NCBI GenBank assembly: GCA_965228895.1
Contig: OZ245842.1
Location: 1,568,001 to 1,632,000, forward strand
DNA: 64,000 nucleotides
Direction: 5' to 3'
From: Alphaproteobacteria bacterium
GTDB lineage: Bacteria > Pseudomonadota > Alphaproteobacteria > SP197
Part shown: piece after piece, positions 38,066 through 47,904 of the stretch
Layout: each line of letters begins with the position of its first letter
Numbering within the stretch: the first letter of the stretch is position 1
The notes under the pieces: generated by a model
Seen by the model: the letters and a program-made list of their open reading frames with translations, nothing else
Told to the model about the DNA's origin: nothing
The model's database searches: none
Made by a program: the position numbers and the translations under genes

Positions 38066-39601
38066 ATGTTTGATGCAACGCCGCCTCTCAGACTCTATGC
38101 CGGCTGGCGTTCACGGCAGCTCGACCGCGAAGATCCGATCAAGGCTCAGGTTCGCGAGCTCCTGAAGCTCGTAACCAAGGCGCGCGATACGCGCTTTGGC
38201 CGGGACCACGGCTTCGATGGCATCGGCGATGTCGGGACCTATCAAGAACGTGTGCCCCTGCGACGCTTCGAAGACTTTTGGGAGGACTACTGGTCGTCGG
38301 ACTTTCCGGTTCTGACCGACTGTACCTGGCCCGGCACCGTGCCGTTCTTTGCCGAGACCTCAGGCACGACAACCGGCAAAACGAAGTACATCCCCTGTAC
38401 ACACGAAATGAACCGGTCGAACACCTTCGCCGGCGCTGACATCCTGGTTCACCATCTGCGCAACACGCCCGGCAGCAGACTGCTGGCCGGCTTGAACTTC
38501 GTGCTAGGCGGCAGCACGGGGCTGCGGGAACTGGCGCCCGGCGTTCGCTCCGGCGATCTCAGCGGCATTGCCGCATCGGTCATGCCGCGCTGGGCGCGCT
38601 GGCGCTACTTTCCGCCACGCGACCTCGAAGCGATAACCGACTGGGAAGAGCGGCTTGATGCCTTGGCGCATGCCGCCATCGGCCAGGACATCCGTTCGAT
38701 CAGCGGCACGCCGAGCTGGCTTTTGATCTTCTTTGACAGGCTGGCGGCCTTGCAACCCAACGCCGATGCGCGGCTCTCATCGTTCTTTCCCAACCTCGAG
38801 ATGATCGTGCACGGCGCCGTTCATTTCGCGCCCTACCGCGCGTCGTTTGATGAATGGCTGGCGGGAAGCCAGGCGCAGACCCGCGAGGTCTATGCCGCCA
38901 GCGAAGGTTTCATCGGCATTGCCGATCGCGGCGACGGGGAGGGCATGCGCCTGATCGCCGACGGCGGCCTGTTCTACGAGTTCGTTCCCGTCGACGAACT
39001 GGGCGCGGCCAACCCAACGCGTCACTGGCTGGCGACGATCGAAACCGGCGTCGACTATGCCATTATCCTGACGACGTGCGCTGGAGCCTGGAGTTACGTG
39101 CTCGGCGACACCGTCGCCTTCGTCGATCGCACACCGCCCCGCCTTGTCGTGACCGGTCGGACGTCCTTTACGCTCTCGGCCTTCGGCGAACACCTGATAG
39201 CCTCCGAAATTGACGACGTCGTCACGCATGCGGCGGACACGATAGACGCACGGGTGGTCGAGTTTGCCGTCGGCCCGGTCTATCCGACCGCCGCTGAAGC
39301 CAGAGGTGGCCATGTCTATATCGTTGAGTTCGACCACCCGGAACCTGAACCCAATGAGCGCGCGCGCTTCATGCAGCTCGTCGATGATAACCTGGCGGCG
39401 CGCAACGACGACTATCGGTCTCACCGCGCCGGCATGCTGCCGATGGAACTGCATACGGTCGAGCCCGGGACGTTCTATGCCTGGATGAAAAAGCGTGGCC
39501 AACTGGGCGGCCAGCATAAGGTACCGCGCGTGATCAACGACAGCGATCTGCTACGTGATCTGCTTGACTTCGCGGACAAAAAAGAGCCGCCGGAACCCTG
39601 A
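38066..39601 (+). CDS. GH3 (auxin-responsive) family acyl-acid amido synthetase-like protein
   Basis: TSGTTTGKTKYIP, YAASEG, YEFVP, YVLGD, GRT, GGQHKVPR. Confidence 0.88.
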   Translation: MFDATPPLRLYAGWRSRQLDREDPIKAQVRELLKLVTKARDTRFGRDHGFDGIGDVGTYQERVPLRRFEDFWEDYWSSDFPVLTDCTWPGTVPFFAETSGTTTGKTKYIPCTHEMNRSNTFAGADILVHHLRNTPGSRLLAGLNFVLGGSTGLRELAPGVRSGDLSGIAASVMPRWARWRYFPPRDLEAITDWEERLDALAHAAIGQDIRSISGTPSWLLIFFDRLAALQPNADARLSSFFPNLEMIVHGAVHFAPYRASFDEWLAGSQAQTREVYAASEGFIGIADRGDGEGMRLIADGGLFYEFVPVDELGAANPTRHWLATIETGVDYAIILTTCAGAWSYVLGDTVAFVDRTPPRLVVTGRTSFTLSAFGEHLIASEIDDVVTHAADTIDARVVEFAVGPVYPTAAEARGGHVYIVEFDHPEPEPNERARFMQLVDDNLAARNDDYRSHRAGMLPMELHTVEPGTFYAWMKKRGQLGGQHKVPRVINDSDLLRDLLDFADKKEPPEP

Positions 39602-39616
39602 GGTTCCGACGGCTCT
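39578..39616 (-). terminator. Rho-independent terminator of the aminotransferase gene (overlaps the GH3 stop codon)
   Basis: AGAGCCGCCGGAACC-CTGA-GGTTCCGACGGCTCT with an A-tract on its left (U-tract on the minus strand). Confidence 0.75.
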
Positions 39617-39637
39617 CGCTAGTCGCGTGACGGCTGC

Positions 39638-41026
39638 CTATTCGGCCGCCATCAGATTTTCCGACTGAACGTAAGCAAGCGTGTCGTCGAGCGCCTTTTC
39701 CCAGCGATCGAAGAGCTGGTTTATCTCGTCTTCGGTGATGATCAACGGCGGGCAGAAGGCGACCGAGTTGCCGGCGGCCGCGCGCAGGATCAGACCGTGC
39801 TCAAGGCAGGCCTCGCCGCAGTAAGCGGCGACTTCGGGGCCAAAGTTCTCCTTGGTCTCCTTGTCCTTGACCAGCTCAACGGCGCCGATCAGGCCGGTGC
39901 CTCGTGCTTCGCCGACGATCGGGTGGTCGCCGAGCTTGGCGAGCCGTTCCATCGCGACGGGCGACACCTTCTTCACGTGGCTGGCGATATCCATCTCTTC
40001 GTAGATCTTGAGCGTCTCGACCGCGACCGCCGCCGGCACCGGATGGCCGGAATAGGTGAAGCCGGTTGCCAGCACGCCGTTCTCGCCCGAGAAATCGCGG
40101 ATGGGCTTATAGACCTTTTCGTTGATGATGGTGGCCGAGATCGGCAGGTAGGCCGAGCTCAACTGCTTGGCGACAACCATGATGTCCGGTTGGATGTCAT
40201 AGGTGTTGCAACCGAACAGATTGCCCGTGCGGTGGAAACCGCAGATGACCTCGTCGGCGACCATCAGCACGTCATGCTTCTTCAAGACCGCCTGGATCTT
40301 CTCAAAATAGGTCTTGGGCGGCAGGATGACGCCGCCGGCGCCCATGATCGGCTCGGCCACAAAGGCCGCGACCGTCTCCGGCCCTTCGTCCTGGATCATC
40401 TGATCCAGTTCGTTGGCGCGACGGGTGGCGAAATCCTCTTCGGACTCACCGTCTTCGCCAAAGCGATAATAGTGCGGCGAACCCGTGTGCATGATGTTGT
40501 GGATCGGCAGATCAAAGCCCGCATGCATCAGCGGCATGCCGGTCAGCGAGCCCGACGACACGGCGATGCCGTGGTAACCGCCGATGCGCGCGATGATCTT
40601 CTTCTTTTCCGGCCGGCCCAGCGCGTTGTTGTAGTACCAGACGAACTTGACCATGTGGTCGTTGGCTTCGGAGCCGGAATTGGCGAACCACACCTTCGAC
40701 ATTGGCGCCGGCGCCATATCGATGAGCATTTCGGCCAGATCGATCGCCGGCATGCTCGAGCGATGGAAGAACGCGTGGTAGTAGGGCAGCTTGCGCATCT
40801 GGTTGGCGGCCGCCTCAACCAGACGCTCGTTGTTGAAGCCGAGCGACGTGCACCACAGGCCGGCCAGACCCTCGATATAGCTCTTGCCCTCGGTGTCCTT
40901 GACGTAGATGCCGTCGCCTTCATCCAGGATCAGCGGACCCTTTTCCTCGTGCTTCACGAGGTTGGAATAGGGATGCAGCACGTTCTTGATGTCGCGAGCA
41001 TGGGGGGAATTGGGCAGTACGGTCAT
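39638..41026 (-). CDS. Class III (omega-amino acid/polyamine) aminotransferase
   Basis: GLAGLWC, NSGSEAND, AEPIMGAGG, ADEVICGF.RTG, AKQLSSAY.P, GFTYSGHP. Confidence 0.93.
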   Translation of the reverse strand: MTVLPNSPHARDIKNVLHPYSNLVKHEEKGPLILDEGDGIYVKDTEGKSYIEGLAGLWCTSLGFNNERLVEAAANQMRKLPYYHAFFHRSSMPAIDLAEMLIDMAPAPMSKVWFANSGSEANDHMVKFVWYYNNALGRPEKKKIIARIGGYHGIAVSSGSLTGMPLMHAGFDLPIHNIMHTGSPHYYRFGEDGESEEDFATRRANELDQMIQDEGPETVAAFVAEPIMGAGGVILPPKTYFEKIQAVLKKHDVLMVADEVICGFHRTGNLFGCNTYDIQPDIMVVAKQLSSAYLPISATIINEKVYKPIRDFSGENGVLATGFTYSGHPVPAAVAVETLKIYEEMDIASHVKKVSPVAMERLAKLGDHPIVGEARGTGLIGAVELVKDKETKENFGPEVAAYCGEACLEHGLILRAAAGNSVAFCPPLIITEDEINQLFDRWEKALDDTLAYVQSENLMAAE

Positions 41027-41149
41027 GGCTTGGCACCTCGTCGTCCGGCCTGAGATTGAGAATCGATGTCATGCGGCGGCGTCGCGCCCACACCTTGGGG
41101 ACGCCGAATCGCTGCATTTAAGGGGGGAAACCGGGGAAATGCAACCAGC

Positions 41150-41806
41150 TTAAGCGCGCCGGCCAATCCAGATCACACGGCCCAAAAGATCGATTTCCGC
41201 GGGCGCCAGGGGCGCAAGAGAGGCATAGGCGGGATTGTCGCTGCTCATAACCACCTGCTGGCGCACGGGATCGGCGGTCAGCCGCTTAACCAAAAGGTTG
41301 TCGCCCTGGCGTACCACGTAGATGCCGTCGTTGCCGGGCGACCACTGGGTCAAATCGACCAGAAGTTGATCGCCGTCACCGACGGTCGGCGCCATGCTGT
41401 CGCCGGCCATGGTCACCATGGCGAGTTGGTTGGCCGGGGTTCGCGTCAGTTCGGCCAGCCATTCGGCCCGGAAGGCGGCATCGGCGAAGTTTCTGTCGTG
41501 ACCGGTCAGCGTTTCGCGCCCGGCATCCTTGCGTGGGTCGTAGCGCGCGATCAGGACGTAACCCTCGCCGTCGCTGTTGGCCTTGACCACCGGGCCTGCC
41601 TTGTCGTCCAGCAGTTCGGCGGCGCTGCAGCCCAGCGCCTCGGCGAGTTTCTCGATGGTGTCGTGGCGCGGATGGCGCGAACGCCCGGAGACGATGTCGC
41701 GCACCGCCGTGTCGTTGAGCCCGGCCAGCTGGGCAAGCCCCTTTTGCGACAAGGAGAGCGCCGCCATACGGCGTTTCAGTTCCTTCGCAAGGTGTCGTTC
41801 GGCCAT
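41150..41806 (-). CDS. XRE/CI-like HTH regulator with an S24 peptidase domain
   Basis: N-terminal HTH (LSQKGLAQLAGL); GDSMAP (Ser) and VKRL (Lys); GRVIW. Confidence 0.9.
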   Translation of the reverse strand: MAERHLAKELKRRMAALSLSQKGLAQLAGLNDTAVRDIVSGRSRHPRHDTIEKLAEALGCSAAELLDDKAGPVVKANSDGEGYVLIARYDPRKDAGRETLTGHDRNFADAAFRAEWLAELTRTPANQLAMVTMAGDSMAPTVGDGDQLLVDLTQWSPGNDGIYVVRQGDNLLVKRLTADPVRQQVVMSSDNPAYASLAPLAPAEIDLLGRVIWIGRRA

Positions 41807-41826
41807 AGTCTATGGTGCGATGGCGT

Positions 41827-42072
41827 TCAGCCCATGCCAATAGCCATCTTGTAGGATTCGATCAGCGCTTCCTGCTCCTGGCGGTCGTCCGGCTCCATCT
41901 TTCTGAGCTTGATCAACTGGCGCACGATCTTGGTATCGAACCCCATGCCCTTGGCCTCGCGATAGACGTCGGTGATGTCCGACGCCAAGTTGGCCTTTTC
42001 CTCCTCCAGCCGCTCGATGCGTTGGATATAGTTCAGGAGCTGTTCGCCGGCGATGCCGTCCACGTTGGCCAT
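41827..42072 (-). CDS. gapR: GapR-like nucleoid-associated protein (DUF2312)
   Basis: QL..YIQRIERLEEEK..LA.DI.DVY.EAKGMGFDTKIVRQLIKLRK. Confidence 0.9.
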   Translation of the reverse strand: MANVDGIAGEQLLNYIQRIERLEEEKANLASDITDVYREAKGMGFDTKIVRQLIKLRKMEPDDRQEQEALIESYKMAIGMG

Positions 42073-42286
42073 CCGTCCTCTCTCGCTAGAGCCACTCGGG
42101 AAGCCGGGCTTCTAGCACAGGCCACGACGATTGCCACCGATCGCCGGCCGATCTGTACACAGCGTGCTCGGGATAAGATGTGGAGCGGCGAAAAAGGCGC
42201 AACATCGGCGGAAACACGCGCGATTTGACTTGGCTGGGCGGACCATGCGGTCGAGGTTACAAACGAAAGCGAGGAGGACGGGCATC

Positions 42287-42955
42287 ATGAAAGCCGAGGA
42301 CGTCGTTGCGCGAACCCGCGAGCAGTTGAGCGCCGTTGAGGCGGCCATCCGCAACCATCCCTATTTGACGGCATTGCGCGCCGGCGAGGTGCCCCTCGAC
42401 GCGATCAAGGCGTTGCCCGGCCACCAGCATCATATGGCGATCTCCGACATGCGCTCGATCGCGACGCTGGTGGCGCGCTTCGGCGACACGCCTCATGCCG
42501 ACTTCTTTAACGGTATTCTCCAGGGCCAACATGGCGAGCGCGAGAAGATCCTGGTCCTCGCCAAGAAGCTCGGCATGTCCAAGGAAGACCTGGACCGCTA
42601 CGAGGTCGAGCCGGAAGGTTATGCCTATGCGGCCTATCTGGCATGGCTGACCCAACGAGGCTCCGCGGCCGAGGTTGTGTGCGGCTTGTTCGTCAACTTC
42701 CAGGCCTGGGGCGCGAACTGCGCCGATGTCGGCGCGGCACTACGGGATGCCTATGGTTTTTCCAGTGACGACACGGTTTTCCTGGACTCGTTTGTTAGGA
42801 TGCCGTCGATCGAGGCGACCGCGTTGGCTATTATTCAGGACGGCCTCGACCATGGCGTTGGCGATGTCAGAATCATGCGCGCGGCGCGTCTGATCCAGGG
42901 GTACGAACGTTTGTTCTGGGACACCATGATGCGCCTGGCTGATCAACATAGCTAA
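42287..42955 (+). CDS. TenA/THI-4-like (haem-oxygenase-like fold) protein
   Basis: IRNHPYL..L..G, AYAAYLAWL, NFQAWG, YERLFWD; GGAGG RBS. Confidence 0.7.
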   Translation: MKAEDVVARTREQLSAVEAAIRNHPYLTALRAGEVPLDAIKALPGHQHHMAISDMRSIATLVARFGDTPHADFFNGILQGQHGEREKILVLAKKLGMSKEDLDRYEVEPEGYAYAAYLAWLTQRGSAAEVVCGLFVNFQAWGANCADVGAALRDAYGFSSDDTVFLDSFVRMPSIEATALAIIQDGLDHGVGDVRIMRAARLIQGYERLFWDTMMRLADQHS

Positions 42956-42973
42956 GAACATCCGGAGGAAGCG

Positions 42974-43390
42974 ATGGTCGACAGTCATGAAGGAGGATGC
43001 GTGTGCGGACGGGTCCGCTACAAGACGAAGGGCGTGCCGCAGCGGGTCAGCCTGTGCAGCTGCACGTGGTGCCAGAAGCGCACGGGCAGCGCGCTTGGCG
43101 TCTCCGTCTACTTCTTGAAAGAAGATGTCGAGATCGACGAGAGCTTGCTTGGCACCTACCGCATGACGTCCGATGCCGGACGCTGGATCGAGCAGGGGTT
43201 CTGTACCACATGCGGTACCGCGCTGACCTGGACGCTGGAGTTCCGGCCGAACGATCGGGGATTTGCCGGCGGTACGTTTGACCAGCCAACCTTCTGGTAC
43301 AAGCCGGAGCGTTTCGTTTTCGCCCGATCCAAGCCGGATTGGCTCGCTGTTCCGGACGGTATCGAAACCTTCGAGGCGATGCCGAAGTAG
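42974..43390 (+). CDS. GFA/CENP-V family zinc protein
   Basis: GGCVCGRVRY, CSCTWCQKRTGS, FCTTCGT. Confidence 0.92.
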   Translation: MVDSHEGGCVCGRVRYKTKGVPQRVSLCSCTWCQKRTGSALGVSVYFLKEDVEIDESLLGTYRMTSDAGRWIEQGFCTTCGTALTWTLEFRPNDRGFAGGTFDQPTFWYKPERFVFARSKPDWLAVPDGIETFEAMPK

Positions 43391-43395
43391 GTGGG

Positions 43396-44286
43396 CTAAC
43401 GGATCCGTTTTGGTTTGGCGATCGGTCCCACCAGCACGACAGCAAGCGCGCCGATAACACAGATCAAGGCGACGATCTCGCGCCAAGTGATGGGCTCGCT
43501 GAGTATCAGGGCGCCGCTGACGACGCCGATGACCGGGATCAGCAGGCTGCTGATCGCTGCGACGCCGGCCGGCAACAGGGTCACGATTTTGGCCCAGGCA
43601 TAGTTGCCGATCAGCGCGCCGGCGAAGATCTGATAGGCGATCGTGAACCAGGACCACGTCGTGTAGTTGAAGTCCGGCGCTTCGGTCAGGAACGCGATGG
43701 CGGTGATCGGGATGGCGACAACAATGAACTGCCAGCCGACGATCACGGGGACGGGTATGCGCCACGGCGCGCGTTTGAAGAGCACGGTGCCAAGGCCCCA
43801 GGTGAGCGCGCCGCATAGCATGTAGAAGATGCCAAGCGGCGATTCGCCGATCGCCGGCAGGTCGCCGCCGATCAGGATCGCCATGCCGGCAAGCCCGAGA
43901 CCGAGCCCCAGCATGCGCCGCCACGTGATGGGTTCATCGAGCAGAAAGCGTGCGAAGATGACCGCCCAAAGCGGCATGGTGTAGGCGGCAATCGCGGCGC
44001 GGCCGGACGCCATGTGTTCAAGACCCAAGGCGGAGAACACCATCCATCCACCGATCGAGACCGGCGCGATCATGACGATCAGCTTCAGCTGATCGCGCGG
44101 CACGCGGATGCGCTGGCCGCCAATGACGGCGACGCTCAGAAGTGCGATGCCGCCGAAGACGGTTGTGAACGCGCGGAACGTCCAGGGTTCGACGCCCAAC
44201 ACACCGACACGCATGATCGGCCAGTTGAGCCCCCAGACGACAGTCAGGACGGCCAACAGCGTGAAAGCAAGGCGTCGGTCGTCCAT
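43396..44286 (-). CDS. DMT/EamA family transporter
   Basis: WGLNWP, YTMPLW, LIPVIGV..G.LIL.E. Confidence 0.9.
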   Translation of the reverse strand: MDDRRLAFTLLAVLTVVWGLNWPIMRVGVLGVEPWTFRAFTTVFGGIALLSVAVIGGQRIRVPRDQLKLIVMIAPVSIGGWMVFSALGLEHMASGRAAIAAYTMPLWAVIFARFLLDEPITWRRMLGLGLGLAGMAILIGGDLPAIGESPLGIFYMLCGALTWGLGTVLFKRAPWRIPVPVIVGWQFIVVAIPITAIAFLTEAPDFNYTTWSWFTIAYQIFAGALIGNYAWAKIVTLLPAGVAAISSLLIPVIGVVSGALILSEPITWREIVALICVIGALAVVLVGPIAKPKRIR

Positions 44287-44290
44287 CAGC

Positions 44291-45466
44291 TCAGACGGCG
44301 GCCAGCGCGTTCTCCAATTCGCGGATCAGGTCGTCGCCGTCCTCGACGCCGACCGAGAGCCGGACCAGGCTGTCGGAGATGCCAATCTCGTCCCGGATCT
44401 CCTTGGGGATCGAGGCGTGGGTCATGATCGCCGGGTGTTCGATCAGACTTTCGACGCCACCCAGGCTTTCGGCGAGCGCGAAGAGGTCGCAGCGTTCCAG
44501 GAAGCGCCGCGTGCCGTCGAGGTCGGCGTCCAGCACCGCCGTCACCATGCCGCCATAGCCATGCATCTGACGGCTGGCGAGTTCGTGCTGCGGATGATTG
44601 GCGAGGCCGGGATAATAGACACGCGCGACTTTCGGATGGTTGTCGAGCCAGGTCGCGATGGCCGCGGCGTTCTCGCAGTGGCGTTCCATGCGCAGCGCCA
44701 GGGTCTTCAATCCCCGCATCGCCAGGAAGCTGTCGAACGGTCCGGCGACGCCGCCGACCGCGTTCTGCAGATAAGCCATGCGTTCGGCGAGATCGGCATC
44801 GTCGCCGACCACCACCATGCCGCCAACCATGTCGGAGTGGCCGTTCAGATACTTCGTGACCGAGTGGACCACCAGATGGAAACCGAACTCCAGCGGCCGC
44901 TGCACCCATGGTGTGGCGAACGTGTTGTCGGCAACGGCAAGCAGGTTGTGACGTCGCGCGACCCGCGAAATCATGTCGAGGTCGATCACGGTCAGCAGCG
45001 GGTTGGTCGGCGTCTCAACCCAGACCATCCGGGTCTCCGGCCGGATCTTCGCTTCGATCGCCGCTTCGTCAGTCATGTCCAGGAAGTCAAAATCCAGGTT
45101 GGCGCTTTTCTTGCGCACGTTCTCGAACAGACGATAGGTGCCGCCATAAAGGTCGTTGCCGGCCAGCACATGGCTGCCGCTTTCCATCAGCTCCAGCACT
45201 GTCGCCGAGCCGGCGAGGCCGGAGGCGAAGGCAAATCCCTTGCTGCCGCTTTCCAGGTCGGCGACGCAGTCCTCGAATGCCATGCGCGTCGGATTTTGCG
45301 ACCGCGAGTACTCGTAGCCCTTGTGGACGCCGGGGCTCTCCTGCACATAGGTCGAGGTCGCGTAGATCGGCGTCATGATGGCGCCGGTCGTCGGGTCGGG
45401 CTGCTGGCCGGCGTGGATCGCCCGGGTCGAAAAACCGGGCCGGTTGGATTGTTGACGGTCGGTCAT
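44291..45466 (-). CDS. Cystathionine gamma-lyase/synthase
   Basis: TRAIHAGQ, YEYSRSQNPTR, ETPTNP, DNTFATP, HSVTKYLNGHSD, LAESLGGVESL. Confidence 0.93.
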   Translation of the reverse strand: MTDRQQSNRPGFSTRAIHAGQQPDPTTGAIMTPIYATSTYVQESPGVHKGYEYSRSQNPTRMAFEDCVADLESGSKGFAFASGLAGSATVLELMESGSHVLAGNDLYGGTYRLFENVRKKSANLDFDFLDMTDEAAIEAKIRPETRMVWVETPTNPLLTVIDLDMISRVARRHNLLAVADNTFATPWVQRPLEFGFHLVVHSVTKYLNGHSDMVGGMVVVGDDADLAERMAYLQNAVGGVAGPFDSFLAMRGLKTLALRMERHCENAAAIATWLDNHPKVARVYYPGLANHPQHELASRQMHGYGGMVTAVLDADLDGTRRFLERCDLFALAESLGGVESLIEHPAIMTHASIPKEIRDEIGISDSLVRLSVGVEDGDDLIRELENALAAV

Positions 45467-45580
45467 GACGGGATCACTCCTCTCGTGCGAGGCTGTGGCA
45501 TGATGGTGCGGTGAAGGCAAAGGTGAGCGCGAGGTACCAGGAATCGCGCCCAGCATACAAGCGTCGAGGGGGCTACGACC

Positions 45581-47011
45581 ATGACCGATGACGACCTCTG
45601 CTATCTGACGGCGAACGAAGCAGTTGGCCTGTTCAAGGCCAGGAAACTGTCGCCTGTCGAGCTGCTTGACGCTGTCATAGGCCGGGGCGAGGCGATACGG
45701 GAGAGCATCAATCCCTTTGCCGACACCTATTTCGACGAGGCGCGGGCGAGGGCGCGCAAGGCAGAAGAAAAGTACGCCAAGACCGATGGGCGGCCGCGCC
45801 GGTTGGAAGGGGTGCCGCTGGCCGTCAAAGACACATCCGACATTCGCGGCAAACGCGCGACCAAAGGCTCGATGATCTATAAGGATGCGGTTGCCGAGAG
45901 GACGGATCCGGACATCGAGCGGTTGATACGCGCTGGGGCCAATATCTTCACGCGTACGACCTGTCCAGAGTTCGGCTGGCTCTATACGACGCAGTCGCGC
46001 CTATGGGGCATTACGCGCAATCCTTGGCGTCCGGACGCTTCGCCAGGCGGTTCGTCGGGTGGTTCGGCGGCGGCGCTCGCAGCGGGCGCGACGATCCTGG
46101 CGACCGGCGGCGACAGTACCGGTTCGATCCGTCAGCCGGCCAGCCAGTGCGGTGTGGTCGGATATCAGGCGCCGTTCGGCCGCATCCCGATGGTCGGTGA
46201 GGCCAGCTTCGCCAGCTACCTGCATCATGGACCGATGACACGCTCTGTCGCGGACGCCGCGCTGATGGCAAACGTGATGTCGGGCCCCCACCCGCTCGAT
46301 CACAACAGCCTGCAACGCAAGGTGACGATCCCCGCCAACCTCAAGGGGATCGAGGGCATGAAGATCGCGTACTCGATCGATCTCGGCCACTACGAGGTCG
46401 TCGATGACGTCAGGCAAGCGACGCTGGAGTCGCTCGATGCCTTGCGTAGTGCGGGCGCTGAGGTCACCGAGATTCCGGTCGACTGGGCAAGCGAGGTGAT
46501 CCGCCTGGGGCACGGGTCCCAGGAGTTCCTGTTCGCGCCGGGCATCAGTTCGGCGGTAAGGGATCACGGCGACATCGTCAGCGATTATGTGCCGCAGTTG
46601 GAGGAAACCGCGCTCAGCTTCGATGCGGACGACTACAGGCGCTCGCTCACCCTTGCTGCGCAAGTCTGGGACGAACATCTAGGTCCTATGTTCCGCGACC
46701 ACGACGCCTTCATCACGCCAACGGTGTCGTGTCCGGATGTGCCGGCCGATGGCTGGCAAAAAGACACGATCACGGTTAACGGCAAGGCGCTGACCGACAC
46801 GGATACGGCGATGACCGTGCTGTGGAACATGTTCGGACGCTGCCCGGTCCTTGCCGTGCCGTCGGGCATGACAGGGACCGGCTTGCCGGCCGGGCTGCAG
46901 GTCATCGGCCGGGTCGAAGACGATGTCACGGTATTCCGTGTCGCCGCCGTGTTGGAACAGCGTCGTCCTTGGCTCGACCGGCCTGATCGCCGACCGGTTC
47001 TCAATCTCTAG
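45581..47011 (+). CDS. Amidase-signature family amidase
   Basis: GVPLAVKD (Lys), PGGSSGGSAAALAAG, GSIRQPA. Confidence 0.92.
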   Translation: MTDDDLCYLTANEAVGLFKARKLSPVELLDAVIGRGEAIRESINPFADTYFDEARARARKAEEKYAKTDGRPRRLEGVPLAVKDTSDIRGKRATKGSMIYKDAVAERTDPDIERLIRAGANIFTRTTCPEFGWLYTTQSRLWGITRNPWRPDASPGGSSGGSAAALAAGATILATGGDSTGSIRQPASQCGVVGYQAPFGRIPMVGEASFASYLHHGPMTRSVADAALMANVMSGPHPLDHNSLQRKVTIPANLKGIEGMKIAYSIDLGHYEVVDDVRQATLESLDALRSAGAEVTEIPVDWASEVIRLGHGSQEFLFAPGISSAVRDHGDIVSDYVPQLEETALSFDADDYRRSLTLAAQVWDEHLGPMFRDHDAFITPTVSCPDVPADGWQKDTITVNGKALTDTDTAMTVLWNMFGRCPVLAVPSGMTGTGLPAGLQVIGRVEDDVTVFRVAAVLEQRRPWLDRPDRRPVLNL

Positions 47012-47877
47012 ACCGGCCTGACCAGCGGAAAGGTCTCGCAGGTGATCGGACCGCCGTCGACCAGGTTCTCGCCGCGATAGGACGGATCGGATTCCTGGGG
47101 CATGTCGTAATAGGTGACGTCGTCGCCGGCCCAGTTCGTCGATAACGCCGCGCGCCGGCGATCAAGCGTGTTGCCGGGCGCGCTGTGGAACATGCGGGAA
47201 TTCCAGACCAGGGTATCGCCGGGTTCGAGCGCGCAGGTAATGATGTCGGCGTCGGGGTCGTTGTCGAGGTCCGGCGGCAGCGGTCGTTCGGTCATGGCGC
47301 CGGCGTACTCCTGATCCGGCGCAAAGTGCACGGACCGGTAGACCGTGTCCCAAAGGTGCGATCCCCGGACAAACCGCAAGGCGGTCTCGACCGGGATCGT
47401 GTCCAGTGACGTCCAGCAGTTGATGATCTTGGTGCCGTTCAACGGATAATAGGAATGGTCCTGGTGCCAGGGTGTGACGGCGCTGGCGCAACCCGGCGAC
47501 TTCAGCAGCAGGAAGTCGTAGTAGAAGTTGAGCGTGCTGGTTTCCAGCAGCCGCCAGAAGAGATCCGGCGCGTGCGAGTCGAAGATGAACCGCCGGAAGG
47601 CCTCGACTCGTTTCCACATCAGGCTGTCGTAATAGAAGAAACCCGGCTCGTCATCGTGCGTGACTGTCGCAGAGCTGGCACTGTGCTCCTTCATTGCTTC
47701 GTCGATGGCGGATTCGATGAGGTCCAACCAGTCTTTGCCGAACGCGCTGCGCAGACAGATAACACCGTCACGCTTGTAGGCTTCGATCGCGTCATCGCCC
47801 GGGTTATCCAAGGCGACCGGCGTGAAGCATGCGACATCGCCTAACACTTGCCTTGGTTTCGCTAGCACCTCTGACAT
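47008..47877 (-). CDS. PhyH family Fe(II)/2-oxoglutarate dioxygenase
   Basis: TPWHQD, W..LD, L.FVRGSHLW, LEPGD, FHSA..N, RRA. Confidence 0.9.
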   Translation of the reverse strand: MSEVLAKPRQVLGDVACFTPVALDNPGDDAIEAYKRDGVICLRSAFGKDWLDLIESAIDEAMKEHSASSATVTHDDEPGFFYYDSLMWKRVEAFRRFIFDSHAPDLFWRLLETSTLNFYYDFLLLKSPGCASAVTPWHQDHSYYPLNGTKIINCWTSLDTIPVETALRFVRGSHLWDTVYRSVHFAPDQEYAGAMTERPLPPDLDNDPDADIITCALEPGDTLVWNSRMFHSAPGNTLDRRRAALSTNWAGDDVTYYDMPQESDPSYRGENLVDGGPITCETFPLVRPV

Positions 47878-47904
47878 GGTCGCCTCCATCAAACGCTTCG
47901 TGAC

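Noticed and set aside
41150-42072. Intact prophage
   Set aside because: Only a repressor-like gene and gapR are present; the flanking genes are metabolic
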